Shown piece after piece: positions 22,270 through 34,263 of a stretch of 64,000 bases of DNA. The stretch is from Pseudogymnoascus verrucosus. Lineage: Eukaryota. Location: assembly GCA_001662655.1 (NCBI GenBank), contig KV460266.1. One strand, given 5' to 3'. The notes beneath the pieces are model-generated. The model was not told the DNA's origin. It did not search any database and saw only the letters and a list, made by a program, of their open reading frames with translations. The position numbers were made by a program, and so were the translations under genes. Within the stretch, counting starts at the first letter, position 1. Every line of letters begins with the position of its first letter.

Positions 22270-23498
22270 TTAAAGGTCCGCGTCCTCGCTGTCAGGCTCA
22301 AACCTCCCATACTTATCATCGAACATACTTTGAACCCTTTCATGTCGTTCTCTAGCAATGTGGGTATAGTATGGTGGCGTAAGCATAAATACGCGTATTG
22401 CTTCATGAGCAGAGTTGTCGATATTATTCAAAATGTGACCAGTGCAGATCTCCTCAAGTGCCTGGAGTACATCGTTGGCATCTGCAGTATGGCGGCATGT
22501 TGAGGGATCGCATATGCACTGCACCCCGCCATGAAAATCGGCATGGCGCCCGGGGCGGCTTTGAGACTCGAGGAGCATAAACTCTGCTACTGCACTGATG
22601 CTTTTGTCAACATGGATGATAGCCTGAAGCACTTCAGCCAGGTTGTCAGTGTGCTTCTTCTTTCTTTCGAGATGGTTCCATTCCAGATGCCTCTTTTCCT
22701 CGCGATGCCGCCGCCTGGTATGGTGTCTTCTTAACCCGTTTAACACGAATCGCGCGTTTTTCTTCTCGCCTTCTAACACGCCTTGGCCTATCATTTCTTG
22801 CTGTCTTGAAGAAAATTGATCTAGGATCCATAGTTCCATCCTTACGCCACTGACGGCAACTTTACCAAAGCTTTCTGTTATGCAAGTGAGTGCCACAAGT
22901 GCATTTGCCCAGGCAGTCCATGATGTTTCCAGTGTAACATGGTCGTACATAGTATGTAGTGACAAAAGCAATATGTCATACTCTTCAGTATCTAACCGTC
23001 CCGAAAGCATATCTGTAAAGTCGCAGTTTCTCCTTGCTGAACCGCTTCTACCTCCAGGGCTATTCCAAGTAGCTTCAAAAAACATTAGAGCTGTTTTCGG
23101 ATCGCGTTTTTGTATATGTCTGATAATAGAGTCCACTGCAGTATCAAGTGGAAGCTCTCCGCTTCTGAATTCTGCAGCACGGGTAGAGTTATAATAATCC
23201 TTTTCTCTTCTATTAAAGACAGTCCTAAACGCCTTGGATACTTGGGAGAGATTTGAAAGCGTTTTTAAGTCTGAAATTTCGAAAAATATTTGTGACTTTA
23301 ATTCAGCAGGTAATAGGGACGAATTATCCGTCAGGCATTGCTTCTTTGGTAGTAATACGGCATCCTGGATAAGGCTCTCTATGCACTATTAGTACAGCTC
23401 AGGATGCAGATAATAATACCAGTATCTCCTGATCTCTTACCTGGCTTAAAATCATCCTGGCCGCTAGCTTCAGTATCTGGCGTGATATTGTCACACAT
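22270..23498 (-). CDS. F-box-like orphan protein, paralog 1
   Basis: ATG at 23498, phase-1 intron, then SLLPAELKSQIFFEISDLKTLSNLSQVSKAF open into ORF 22270..23136. Confidence 0.7.
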
Positions 23499-24016
23499 AG
23501 TTATTCCTTTTAGGACAGTGTAACTTGTTTTTGCTGGGAGCGTATAATCTTAGCTTCCTGTTGTTCGGGATTCGGAAAGGCAATGTATATTGTTTTATAT
23601 CGCATTAAAACTAATGAGATTGTTAGACGGCACAACAGTATTTAAGGAATTAGTGGTGCTGGCTACCTTGACCTCTGGCCCTCCGAGCACCGAAGCCAGC
23701 CGACCATCTCCTGTTCCCACGAAGCCGCTGCCATGATCGAAGACACAGGATGCAGGAACAGGGAAGCGGAAGGTCGAGAACGGGGGACGGTTTTGGTAGT
23801 GGCCTTGGCGCGAGAGCGACTATGGCTGTTGGAAATAACTTCTATGGCCATCATCATAGAGAGCGGATTAAGCTATTCAGCAAGAATTAAAGGGGCGTCT
23901 CGGGATAAAAATGGACCGGTATCGAGAGGCTCAAAACTACCTAAGGCTAGAAAACAACGATATCGAGCACATGGCACTATTTTATATTTCGTCTAATCAT
24001 ATAATAATATTAAGCG

Positions 24017-25186
24017 TTAAAAGACAGTGTTTCCATAAGTCCATCGTATTCCTTCGGCCCTGTACCACTGACTTCGAAGTCTGTCCAGTGATTCTTCAGC
24101 AACGTTTTCATAGTCTGGTATGTATTTGAACACACGTACTGTTTCGGTAGCATCCTGCCACCGATCCTCTGAAATGGCACCACTGCAGATCGTTTCAAGT
24201 ATTCGTACTAAACTGTGAATGTCTGCATTAAGCTTTACCAGTTCAAATACTTGATTAGAGGCTTCGACCCATTGATGTTCCTGGACAGCAAGATTGAGCG
24301 TTACGTGAAGCACTTCAGCTAGGTCGTCGTTAAGTTTCTTCGTTCTTTCAAATTGCTTCGCTTCAAGATGGTGGAAATTCATCCTCTTCTCCAGTTCATA
24401 ATACCTTTGTAACTGATTTAACACAAGGTAGGCGTTGCTCCACTGACCATTTGAAGCGCTCTGACCCAGTATTTGTTGCCGTTTAGAAACAGCTCCATGC
24501 CGTATCCTTCTGATCATCTTTATGGTGTCATCATTTCGATATTCCTCGTGTAAGAAATCTGCTGCTGTAAACGCAGCTGCCCAGGCCTCCCATGAAGTTT
24601 CTAGAACAATGTCATCATACATAATTCGCAGTGACAGTAGCACTGTGTCGAAATCCTCTTCATCTAGTCCGTGACTAAGGCGGTTTAGGAAAGAAACAGC
24701 ACCTTTCAACTGCCCTTCACGGATCATGCCTTTCCAAGTGACTTCAAAAATCATCAGAGCCGCCTCTTGATGTTCTTTTATGTGTTTGGTAATGGTGTCG
24801 ATCGCATTATCGGACGTATACTCTCCCCGTCTAACTTCTTCCGTGTAGGCAGAACGGAAAGAATCCATGTTAAGGAAGCCCTTGAAAGCCTCCACTTGGC
24901 CAACACTCAGAAGGGTTCTTCGGTCTATAATTTCGGATATAATTTGCGAAAGTATTTCGGGAGGTAAGCGAGAGAAAGAACCACCGATGTGTGAGGAAAG
25001 GCGTGGCTTCTTTCGCGGCAAATTGTCATCCCAATTAGGGATTTCTATGCACTGTTAGCACGGCCCCAGTTTGCAAATGTTGATATTCTTACCTCGAAAA
25101 ACACTGTACGGCCTCTTGCGTTTTGCTGCTTCCTCGGGACAAGACCGATTGTCACCTTTAGGATCCGATACCAAGATAGACGGCAT
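24017..25186 (-). CDS. F-box-like orphan protein, paralog 2
   Basis: ATG at 25186 and the same phase-1 intron. FSRLPPEILSQIISEIIDRRTLLSVGQVEAF; shares ALM.FE.TW, LLSL..MYD...LETSW.AWA and D.LAEVL with paralog 1. Confidence 0.75.
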
Positions 25187-25395
25187 GTTGCCACGATAGT
25201 CCAACGAATTTTGTCAGGAGTATAGAGTCTCAGTTACTAGTTCAGGGTTTGGAAGGGCAGTGTAGATTGTTGTATATCGTGGTAAACCTGACGAAGTTGT
25301 TTGGGGAACTTAGGGGGAGGCCACGCTGAGTCGATGAATGGCACGATAGTATTTACGGAACTAGTCAACTGTTTTCGCGCGTCTGAAGTTGCTGT

Positions 25396-26033
25396 TAGCC
25401 GCTGTCGTGATCGAAGACGCAGGATCCGACCTTTCGAGAGGCCGGAGGCAGAATTCTGAAGCTAGCCAACCATCTCCTGTTTCCATGAAGCTGCTGGTAT
25501 AATCGAAGACACAGGAAGCAGCCATCCGAGAGGCCCCAGGCAGATTTCTGTAACCAGCCAACCATCCCCCGTTTCCATGAAGCTGTTGTTGTGATCCCAG
25601 ACAAAGGATGCAGCCTTTCGACAGGCCCAGGCAGACTTCAGAACTCGACCAACAGTTTCGCGTTTCCAGGAAGCCACTGTCGTGACCGCATACAAAGGAT
25701 GCAGCCATTCGAGAGGCCCCAGGCAGATTTCTGTAACCAGCCAACCATTCCCCGTTTCCATGAAGCTGTTGTCATGATCCTAGACACAGGATGCGGCCAT
25801 TTGGAAGGCCCGAGGCAGACTTCAAAAATCGACCAACAGTTTCGCGTTTCCAGGAAGCCGCTATCGTGATCGAATACACAGGATGCGGCCATACGAGAGG
25901 CTCGAGGCAGATTTCAAAAATCGACCAACCGTTTCGCGTTTCCATGAAGCCGTCGTCGTAATCAAAGACACAGGATGCGGCCTTTTGACAGGCCCCAGGC
26001 AGATTTCGGATTCAACCAACCGTTTCGCGTTTT
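25396..26033. repeat. Non-coding tandem array of about seven ~91-92-bp units
   Basis: GGCAGA anchors near 25447, 25539, 25630, 25722, 25814, 25905 and 25998. Shared blocks GTTTCCA(T/G)GAAGC and GACACAGGATGC; one orphan partial unit at ~23690-23757. Confidence 0.9.
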
Positions 26034-26436
26034 TTATGGGCTCTTAGGCCCCCCAAGCGAAGGGGTGTGGACCTTGTAGCAGCTTGAGGGTAAAACCAGC
26101 GGAGATCAGCCTCAGCTGGCCAATCGTTTCGGCTCTGTAAGCGCTCAAAACCCTTCATTTCCGAGCGCAGGGGCGATGGCCACCGACAGAGGATGGGAAG
26201 CAGGAAACCGTGTTGGACGGGCTGATAACCACCCACAGTGGACGGAAAGCAAGAAGCCGTGTTGTGCATAATTCTAAAAACAGTCTTTTGTGCCAGCGAG
26301 AAACTGGGCTCAGGAATCGGAGAATGATAAAACCGGACCCCGAAGCCAGGCATCAACTTTTTGTTTACTAGCTCCGGAAAAACTCACGAAAAGCAGCACC
26401 AGTTCTTGTAACCCGTTAGGGGTTTACCGTCCAAAG

Positions 26437-26518
26437 TCTTTGATGGTCTAACGGTCATGATTTCCGCTTGTCATGTGACAAAGCGCGGGAGACCGGGGTT
26501 CGACTCCCCGTCAGAGAG
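26437..26518 (+). tRNA. tRNA-Asp(GTC) with 10-nt intron
   Basis: Acceptor stem TCTTTGA/TCAGAGA plus G discriminator; A-box TGGTCTAACGG; anticodon GTC at 26470-26472; intron TGTGACAAAG; B-box GGTTCGACTCC; downstream poly-T. Confidence 0.95.
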
Positions 26519-26670
26519 ATTACCACCTCTCTGAGCTCATGCTCAGATAGATATATTTTTGCCTTTTTTTTCTTTTTTGCACTTCCGTTGTTTAGCTGAA
26601 TAGAGTTGAAAGGCGGCAAGTATATCGCCACCCAAACTTTTGTTATGTCTCTGGATACATGCTCTACCTA

Positions 26671-26715
26671 TTGTCACATGACAAGCGGAAATCATGGCCA
26701 TTAGACCATCAAAGA
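26671..26715 (-). pseudogene. 5' half of tRNA-Asp(GTC), truncated within the intron
   Basis: The reverse complement TCTTTGATGGTCTAATGGCCATGATTTCCGCTTGTCATGTGACAA matches 26437-26481 at 43/45 nt. No T-arm follows. Confidence 0.92.
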
Positions 26716-27169
26716 TTCGCCATACCAGGAAAGCAAAACCCACGAATTTTAATGTTCAGAAGCTCGTGCTTGGAATCAATATATATATATTTTCAGTTCT
26801 AATTGGTATTTTGCCGTCTGATGCATTTGTCACTTGGAGAACCAATGGTCGAATAATGCGAAGTACCCCAAAACCAGAAAGAGTTCTATCTAATAGTCTA
26901 TAACTTCATTATGATCCTCCCAACACCCGTCACGGAAAAGAAAACAATCAACGCGCTGAACAGACAAAAAAGTCATGACACACAATAAAGTATATCCGGG
27001 TTTCATTTCCATCTAAAAAGTCTGAACATCCATGGTTGCAAACGGCTATCATAAAGTCTAAGACTCTTTTCTTTCCAGATCATCGTCATCCCTTTACCTC
27101 GCCGCCTCCCTATTTCGTGGTGCAGCAACCGTCATCGCATCGTGAGAGAAAACCGTATAATTAAAACGT

Positions 27170-29498
27170 TTACTCGACATCCTCAACGGCGGGCGTGTCG
27201 GCATCAGTCATATCCTCCTCCTTGCTGACCGGCTCTTCCGCGGGCTTCTCGGTCTTCTTGGCCGCCTCGGCAGCCTCGCGCTTGGCCGCAAGCTCGGCGT
27301 CCAGCTTGGCCTGCGCAACTTGCCTCTCCTCCTCGAGCTTGTCGAAGTAGCGCTGGGCGATGGGGCCGGCGAGGGAGCGGATGTCGTCGTACTTGGCGAT
27401 GTAGACGGCCTTGGTGGTGTCCTCACCCTCATCGTAGAGCCAGTCCTGGGGTAATAGTTAGTATAGTTTTCTTGGGATATGATGGGGTGGGTGATATAGA
27501 CATACCTCGACCTGCTCGAGTCTCGCCTTTAGCTTCTCCTTCTCAGCGTCGCTGGCGAACTCGGCGTACTTGTCATCGATGTTGTTTCTCATCTCGTAGA
27601 TGTAAGTCTCGAGCTCGTTCTTCTTCTCCTCGGTATCCGCAACAAGCTTGTCCTCCATGAACATGTTGTTCTCCCTCTCCGCAGCCGTGGCCTTGGTCTC
27701 TGGGTCTAATGATGCGGTGCCGGCGGAGATTGGCAGATCGCCCTTGCGGACCTGCTTCTTGACCTTGCGCATCTTTGGTGCCTTGGGCTCACCGTCGGTG
27801 TCCATGGCATCGGCATCCTTCTTCTCGTCCTTGTCCTCGGGGATTGGCTCCTCGACCTCGACATCCTCGACGAAGTATCCCTGCTCGACGTTGAGGATAC
27901 CGTGGAGGTTAATGCGTGCCTTAAGCTTGCAGATCATGAAATCATCCTTGGAATCAGCCTTGACGTTCTTGACAGAGAAGCGTCCGATCCATGGCTTAAT
28001 GGCTCCGGGGAGGTCCTCTGGCTTGGCGTACCTCGCCTCGAGGTCGAAGTTTTGCTTGCGGTAGAATGTGAGGATCTTTGTCGATGGCATGACGTTGCCC
28101 TTGTTGAAGACGGTCAGGGAGGTGTCCTCATCTGGGATGTCCTCAGACTTCTCCCAGTTGAACTCAATGGGGTATGGGACGATGTCGTGGATGGTGAAGT
28201 CGCGGACACGGAAAACGGGCGACAGGATGGCGCAGCTGAAAGCGCAACCTCTGGCGACACCCTCATCCTGGTTGATGGTGAAGGATAATTGCTTGCCGAA
28301 GAAGTTCTGGATACGCTCCTTCAGGGCGGGGACACGAGTGCAACCGCCGACAACCTCGATGGTATCGATGTCCTCAACCTTAAGCTTGGCCTGTGCGAGG
28401 GCCTCCTCGAGAGGAATGTGGGCACGCTTGAGGAGCGGCTCAACAAGAGCCTCCAACTCCTCACGCTTGAGCACGGACTGGACGTCAACATCGTTCATCA
28501 GAGACTCGATGTTGAGGGGCGCCTGCTGGTTGGCGGAGAGGATCTTCTTCAGCTTCTCGGCACCAGCCGCAACTCTGACCATAGCCTTGGGGTTGGTCTT
28601 GATGTCAATCTTGTACTTCTCCTTGAACTCAGCCGCGAAGTGGTCAACGAGAGCGGTGTCGAAGTCACGTCCACCAAAGTCGCGGTCGTATGCGGTACCC
28701 TTGACGGTCAACTCGCCCTTGCGGAACTCGACAATGGAGCAAGTGTAGTCGCTGTGGCCGATGTCGACGAATGCGACACGCCTTGGCTTCTCCTCTGCGG
28801 TGGGGAGGTCGAGCTTTGTAATACCCCAGCCAAGCGCGGCTGCGGTGGTGTCGTTCATGAGACGGAGGAGCTGGAGACCGGCGATCTCAGCGGCGTCCAT
28901 CAAGCTTCTGCGCTGGACGTCGGTGAACCATGCTGGCACGCTCATGACAATCTCCTTGACTGGAAGCTTGAGCTCAGCGGCGGCGGTGGCCTTGACTCTG
29001 CCCAAGAACATCGAGATAAGCTGGGTAGCGGTGAACTGCTCCTTCTTGCCAAGGTAAGTCACCTCAGCACCGACCTGGCCATTGATGTCGATGAGGGGTG
29101 CGGAGATGTGCTTCTGCTCCTTTGCGACATCGGGGTCGGACAGAGCACGACCAGCCAGGCGCTTCAGCGACCCGACTGTGTTTTTTAAGTTCGAGATCTC
29201 TTGTGTCTTCGCAGCCTCACCGAGGTATCTCGCTTTTGGTCCAAAACCGACGAGGGAACTGTGAAGTGAATCCGTTAGCCTCTTTGATACTGCCTTGTCT
29301 GTGAGAGTGACTGTAGGGGGAACTTACGGAGTGGCACGGTTAGAAACCTCATTGGTAATCTATAAAACGATCAGTAAAGTGAATCAAAACACAATATTAT
29401 GTCAGAGTTGCGCGGAAACATACCACATCGACGCCACGGTTTCTTGCGACAGCAATAACCGTGTTCAAGCTGCCAAAATCAACACCGACGACAGACAT
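27170..29498 (-). CDS. hsp88: Hsp110-family chaperone (Hsp88/Sse1)
   Basis: Start MSVVGVDFG; motifs LMNDTTAAALGWGITK, VARGCAFSCAILSPVFRVR and KNELETYIY; strong codon bias; multiple introns. Confidence 0.97.
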
Positions 29499-31113
29499 CT
29501 TGATCTGTTGTTATGTTTTTGTGAAAGTGAGGGTGAGGGGAGGTGAGGGGGTGAACAAGCCACACAGAATATTGGCTCGAGGCTTATCGACAGTAGCGTG
29601 TGGGAATTCTAGGCCCGAAGAGATTTTCTGAAAAGGTCCTTCGTGTTGGGAATGTCGGACGTTGTATGTCAGATAGAGATGTACTCGCTTGCAAATCTGG
29701 ACGCAATTGAACAATTAGAGATCGTCACGTTATTTTTAGTTGTTTGGAGGAGACGATGAGGTATTTCGTTTTCACAGCCCTCTTTAGCTTTGTATATGGG
29801 AATCTCGAACTTTTTGAGCCGCGACTATTTGGGTTTAGTTCGGATGGACGATTCCTGAACTGACTCTCTACTTCTACGCATTTCGACCCATAGTCTTGGC
29901 GATTCTTGGGGAATAATAAACTTACGTCATAAATATCTGCACTGTATTAAATGATATATGTGAAAATAAAACCCTTTCCTCACTTAATTCTACGTTTTTT
30001 TTGGTTTGGTCAGGATAAAAAAAACTCTGCTGTCTCTGCCTTGACTGACACGTCGCCATCCCGTAATGCAAGTATAACACATGGGAGTCGAAGTAGCGTT
30101 GGTGGCGAAGCCGTGTTCCTCAGGCCGCTATCGATAAGCCCTCTACCCTCGCAATTTTTTGGCGCTTGTGGTGGGGGTTGAAGGAGGGCCACTGAGGGCA
30201 ACCCCTCACCACCCGTGACTTTCTTGGCTTTTCTTGGTCGCTGCCATCATATCCTGAATGAGAGCAACTATCCCACCAAAATTAATAATGCCAATAATTA
30301 TATTTATTTAGTTTTTCGTGTTTCCGGTTTTGCCGTTTTATGATCGCCATGAACGTGAGTGTACTTTGAATTCCCCCAAAGTCTAATTATCAAGCATCTA
30401 TTTGTGTTAAAAGTGTGTTCTCGGGAAAGCCCTATTTCTTGGTCGCTCCTTCGGGTTTGTGGTCGTTGGTCGTGGCTTGTCTTTCGCGTCTCTCGTTGGT
30501 CGCCAACCCCGTGTTGGTGGCCGCTCGGAGAAGTGGTGGACAGAATAGCAACACATTCGTTACATTGCCAGCGCAAACGTGCAAACATACGAATGTCGTG
30601 ACTCAGGACACATCTTCTATCAACATGAAATCAGCTGTAAGTGAAGGTATAAAGTCCGCTGCTGGAAGAGGAAAATACCGTGATCTCTATCCCCAAAGGT
30701 GACTATCAATCTGTGCCTGAGAACACACACTGGATGTGAGAACAAAGCCGACTTCCAATTTTTATCTCGGACAAAATCAAACTTCCATTTATATCTTATC
30801 TTGTCGAGGAAAACATACTTGCTATTTCTATATTGCTAAAGACACCCCGCGGAGTTGCGTTATATCACCAAGACCTGCCAAAATATTACTAGTCAGCCCT
30901 TCTTTCCTAAACGGGCGGGTGTTCGAATTTGAGAAGTGCACCTTGCTACACTCCGCTGCGCTGCACTTTTGACGACTGGTACCTATTTGACCAATATATT
31001 GCCATACGGTATATTACATCCATCCCTATGAATATCCTATAACACCTTGCTGCCATGGAGCGATTATGTTGATGGCTCCCTGTAGTAAATTATATACTTA
31101 CTTCCCTGTGGAT

Positions 31114-33435
31114 ATGACGTTCATTCGAAACTGGATATTCATTATCGCCCTGTCCATACCTTGCTGCATAGCGACCTTTTTCCCTGGGTGAGAATAATTT
31201 GATTGGCCCAATCAGCTCCGTTTGAGATTAATATGGGATATCTAGGGATTCGCTACTTGGAACACTGGGAGCGAGCCTCTTCCCTCCATTTCTGACGAAT
31301 AACGTGAGATTTATATCCCCATTCCCTTCCGCGCCCGGCAGTACTGATAAGGGTGGGCGCAGCCTCTCCCAGACGGATTCCCTTGGAAGTTATGTTCCGC
31401 GAACAATACAGATCCAAAAGATGCACCAAACACTGGTGTTACACGATATTATGACTTCACCATAAAACGAGGAAAAGCCGCCCCGGATGGTTATGAGAAA
31501 GAAGTAATACTAATTAACGGAGAATTCCCAGCCCCGACAATAGAGGCCAATTGGGGAGACTGGATTGAAGGTGCTCTCAACCTTTCGTTTTCCGACTTGT
31601 TTGCTGACATACAAGTTTAGTCAAAGTGAAGAATGCAATAACTGGACCAGAAGAAGGCACGAGCCTTCATTGGCACGGATTATTTCAAAAGGAAACGCCA
31701 TGGTACGATGGTGTGCCTTCTATCACACAATGCCCTATTGCTCCACGGGCCACATTTACGTAGGTTTGAATACCCAATAAAATAATAACTGTAACTGACA
31801 GTAAGCAGGTATAGATTCAGGGCGGACGTCTATGGAACAACCTGGTACCATGCTCACTACAGCGCTCAATATTCTGCCGGCCTCACAGGAGCATTAATCA
31901 TTTATGGGCCATCGCATGTCCAATATGACGAAGATTTGGGCCCAATAATGCTTCAAGATTGTATGGACGATCATTTGCAACAACCACTCTCCTTGAGATA
32001 CTGACCTTTTCTAGGGTACCACAAGGATTACTACAGTGTTGTTGAAGGCGGTGCGTATTAACAAAACGGCAAGTTTACTCTGAGTTCTGGCTAACAACTG
32101 TAGTTATGAGCAATGATACTGCTCTACAAGAGCAATACTCGGACAATACCATAATAAATGGGAGAATGCCTTATAATTGCAGTTTAGTTACTGACGGGAC
32201 GCCATGCTCTCAAAGCACATACTCGAAATTTAGGGTGACGCCCGGAAAGACATACAAATTGCGGCTCATCAACACTGCCGCTGGTGGCTGGCAACATTTC
32301 AGCATTGACGGGTATAATTTGACAATAGTTGCAAACGACTTTGTTGCTATTCATCCGTATAGCACTAAAATTGTAACTTTGGGGGTAAGTCGGTTTCTGG
32401 AAGCTCGAATACCGTAGATATGTGGGCATAGGCTTACAATTATCCAGATTGGACAAAGATCAGACGTTTTATTCACTCCCACAGGAAACGCCACTGGCGC
32501 GGTCTGGATGCGAACAAACCAATACGCAGATTCTTGTGCAAGAGCGCTTCAGCCGGAAGGGAAAGCAATCATCCTTTATGATAAAGCTTCCGAAGATACA
32601 ATCCCGGCCACAGAAGCTACACCCATCGTCGACGATGGGACCTGTAGAAATGTATGAATTCCTTGCAAAGAGAGATCCCAGCTAATTCCTCTCCAGGACC
32701 CGTTGAACATGACCGTTCCATACTATCCCTCGGCGCCACCAGAACCCTCAGTAACTTACAACATTACAATAACGCAGGTGGTTAATTCTACTGGTCATAA
32801 GCTTTTCTATATGAATGGATCGCCATTCCAAGCCAACTACAACAACCCAATCCTTCTACTTGCCAATGAGAGGAATTATTCATATCCTTACGACCCCCAG
32901 TGGAACGTCATCAACCTTGGGTCAAATTCTTCAGTGCGCATAAATGTGTGGAATGACAATTTTGTCCCTCATGTGAGTCTTATGAACCCGTGGAGATTGA
33001 CATGATAAATACTCCTGCTAACATCTGTTGAGCCAATGCATCTTCATGGCCATGATATGTGGGTCTTGCACGACGGCCTTGGACAGTGGGACGGAACTAT
33101 TGTCAATCCCGAAAACCCCCAACGCAGAGATACTCAGAATCTAGCCCCGAATGGTCACATTGTCTTCCAGTACAATCTTGACAACCCGGGAGTCTGGCTA
33201 TTCCATTGTCACCTTGCGTGGCACTTATCTTCGGTGAGTAAATCCCGTGCACAGTCACGTCCCAAACAGATTTCGAAAGATGCTAATGCGGTGCTAGGGT
33301 TTATCTGTGAGCTTGTTGGAGCGACCCAAGGAGATCAACCAGTTTCAGATTCCATTTATCATGACGCAGACGTGCGTGGAGTGGGATATTTACACAGCTT
33401 TCAACACTATCGACCAAATTGACAGTGGTGTATAG
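31114..33435 (+). CDS. Secreted laccase / multicopper oxidase (many introns)
   Basis: Signal-like N-terminus; copper motifs HWHG, WYHAH, HPMHLHGH and HCHLAWH; ascomycete C-terminal DSGV*. Confidence 0.95.
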
Positions 33436-33611
33436 GCTTGTGACGGGGCTGTAAATTGATACCACTGGGACTTCGTGCAGGTATGAAGTATACGCGGCAA
33501 ATAGTATTACTCGGTTCGGGAGTTGGATGCGGACAAGGTCCCTGATATTATTAGCTGAAAATTACAGTTGGTATCATATAAGACTAAAATCTTCCGCATG
33601 TGTCGACAACG

Positions 33612-33747
33612 CATCTGTGCTTCCATGTCTTATTTTTATTGCCCATTTGCACCTCTATGTCTCATGTAACCCATCTGCGCTCCATGTGTTATTTTGTAAC
33701 CCATCTGTATTTCTATGTTTCATATTTACAACACATCTGTGCTTCCA
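33612..33747. repeat. Degenerate ~30-bp minisatellite
   Basis: About five recurrences of CAT(C/T)TG..(C/T)T(C/T)(C/T)ATGT. Confidence 0.55.
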
Positions 33748-34263
33748 CAGCCCTATGGATGGTTGCCCCCTATTACATTGGGTGGTTTCACGTGACTGAG
33801 TTGCTTATCAGCTCTCCCCCTGGGAATATTATTGCCGATGTGGTACGGGTGACGCCTAAACGTGCTTATGGCGCCTGTACCTTTATGTCAATAATCCTGA
33901 ATTTTGATAGGCTACTTCAGCATAGTCTCCGTAAAGACATCTGTGCAGCACGAGTGCGACAAATCACGGTACTTCGGATTCGAAAGGAAGGTCAATCGGG
34001 GACCGAAGATATCTTGGTACATCGAGGCTTATTGAGGCTCTGGATGTCAGGAATGACCAGTTAAACTTGGACCAAAGGCGAAGAATGTGCCTCTCCGACG
34101 ATCCGTTACCACGACCAATTCTCAATATATGGGGAATACCATACTATAGGAGTTGAATACAGAGCACAAAATATATCTGGCAGCACAGGAACACAGTTTG
34201 GAGAACAGGAACCGGCCTTTCAACGCGCTCCCCATATCCCTGGATCTGGAGCATTATAATCAA

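Larger units (their letters stand above)
1..26670. mobile_element. Putative distal (cargo) end of a large Starship-like element or accessory island, with its right boundary at a disrupted tRNA-Asp
   Basis: 26 kb of orphan and regulatory genes plus repeat arrays, with no housekeeping genes. There is an abrupt switch to core genes right after a tRNA 5' half truncated at 26671. No transposase or DUF3435 captain is seen in the window, so element identity is inferred. Confidence 0.5.

Noticed and set aside
25396..26033. CRISPR-like array or coding repeat (ORFs 25361..25892)
   Set aside because: The context is eukaryotic, there are no unique spacers between identical repeats, and a period of ~91-92 bp shifts frame each unit, so the ORFs are by-products.
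26411..26426. Telomere-like TTAGGG near the island end
   Set aside because: A single hexamer; expected by chance.
1..26670. Captain tyrosine recombinase or transposase for the proposed element
   Set aside because: No DUF3435, DDE or reverse-transcriptase motifs were recognised in the window. If present, it lies outside to the left.
27472..29304. Long plus-strand ORFs antisense to hsp88
   Set aside because: Shadow ORFs caused by strong codon bias; the same applies to ORFs opposite eIF5B and DUF2841.
33996..34006. TCG-N5-CGA AflR-type site upstream of the MFS gene
   Set aside because: Six fixed bases occur about once per 4 kb by chance, and I saw no matching sites at the other cluster promoters.
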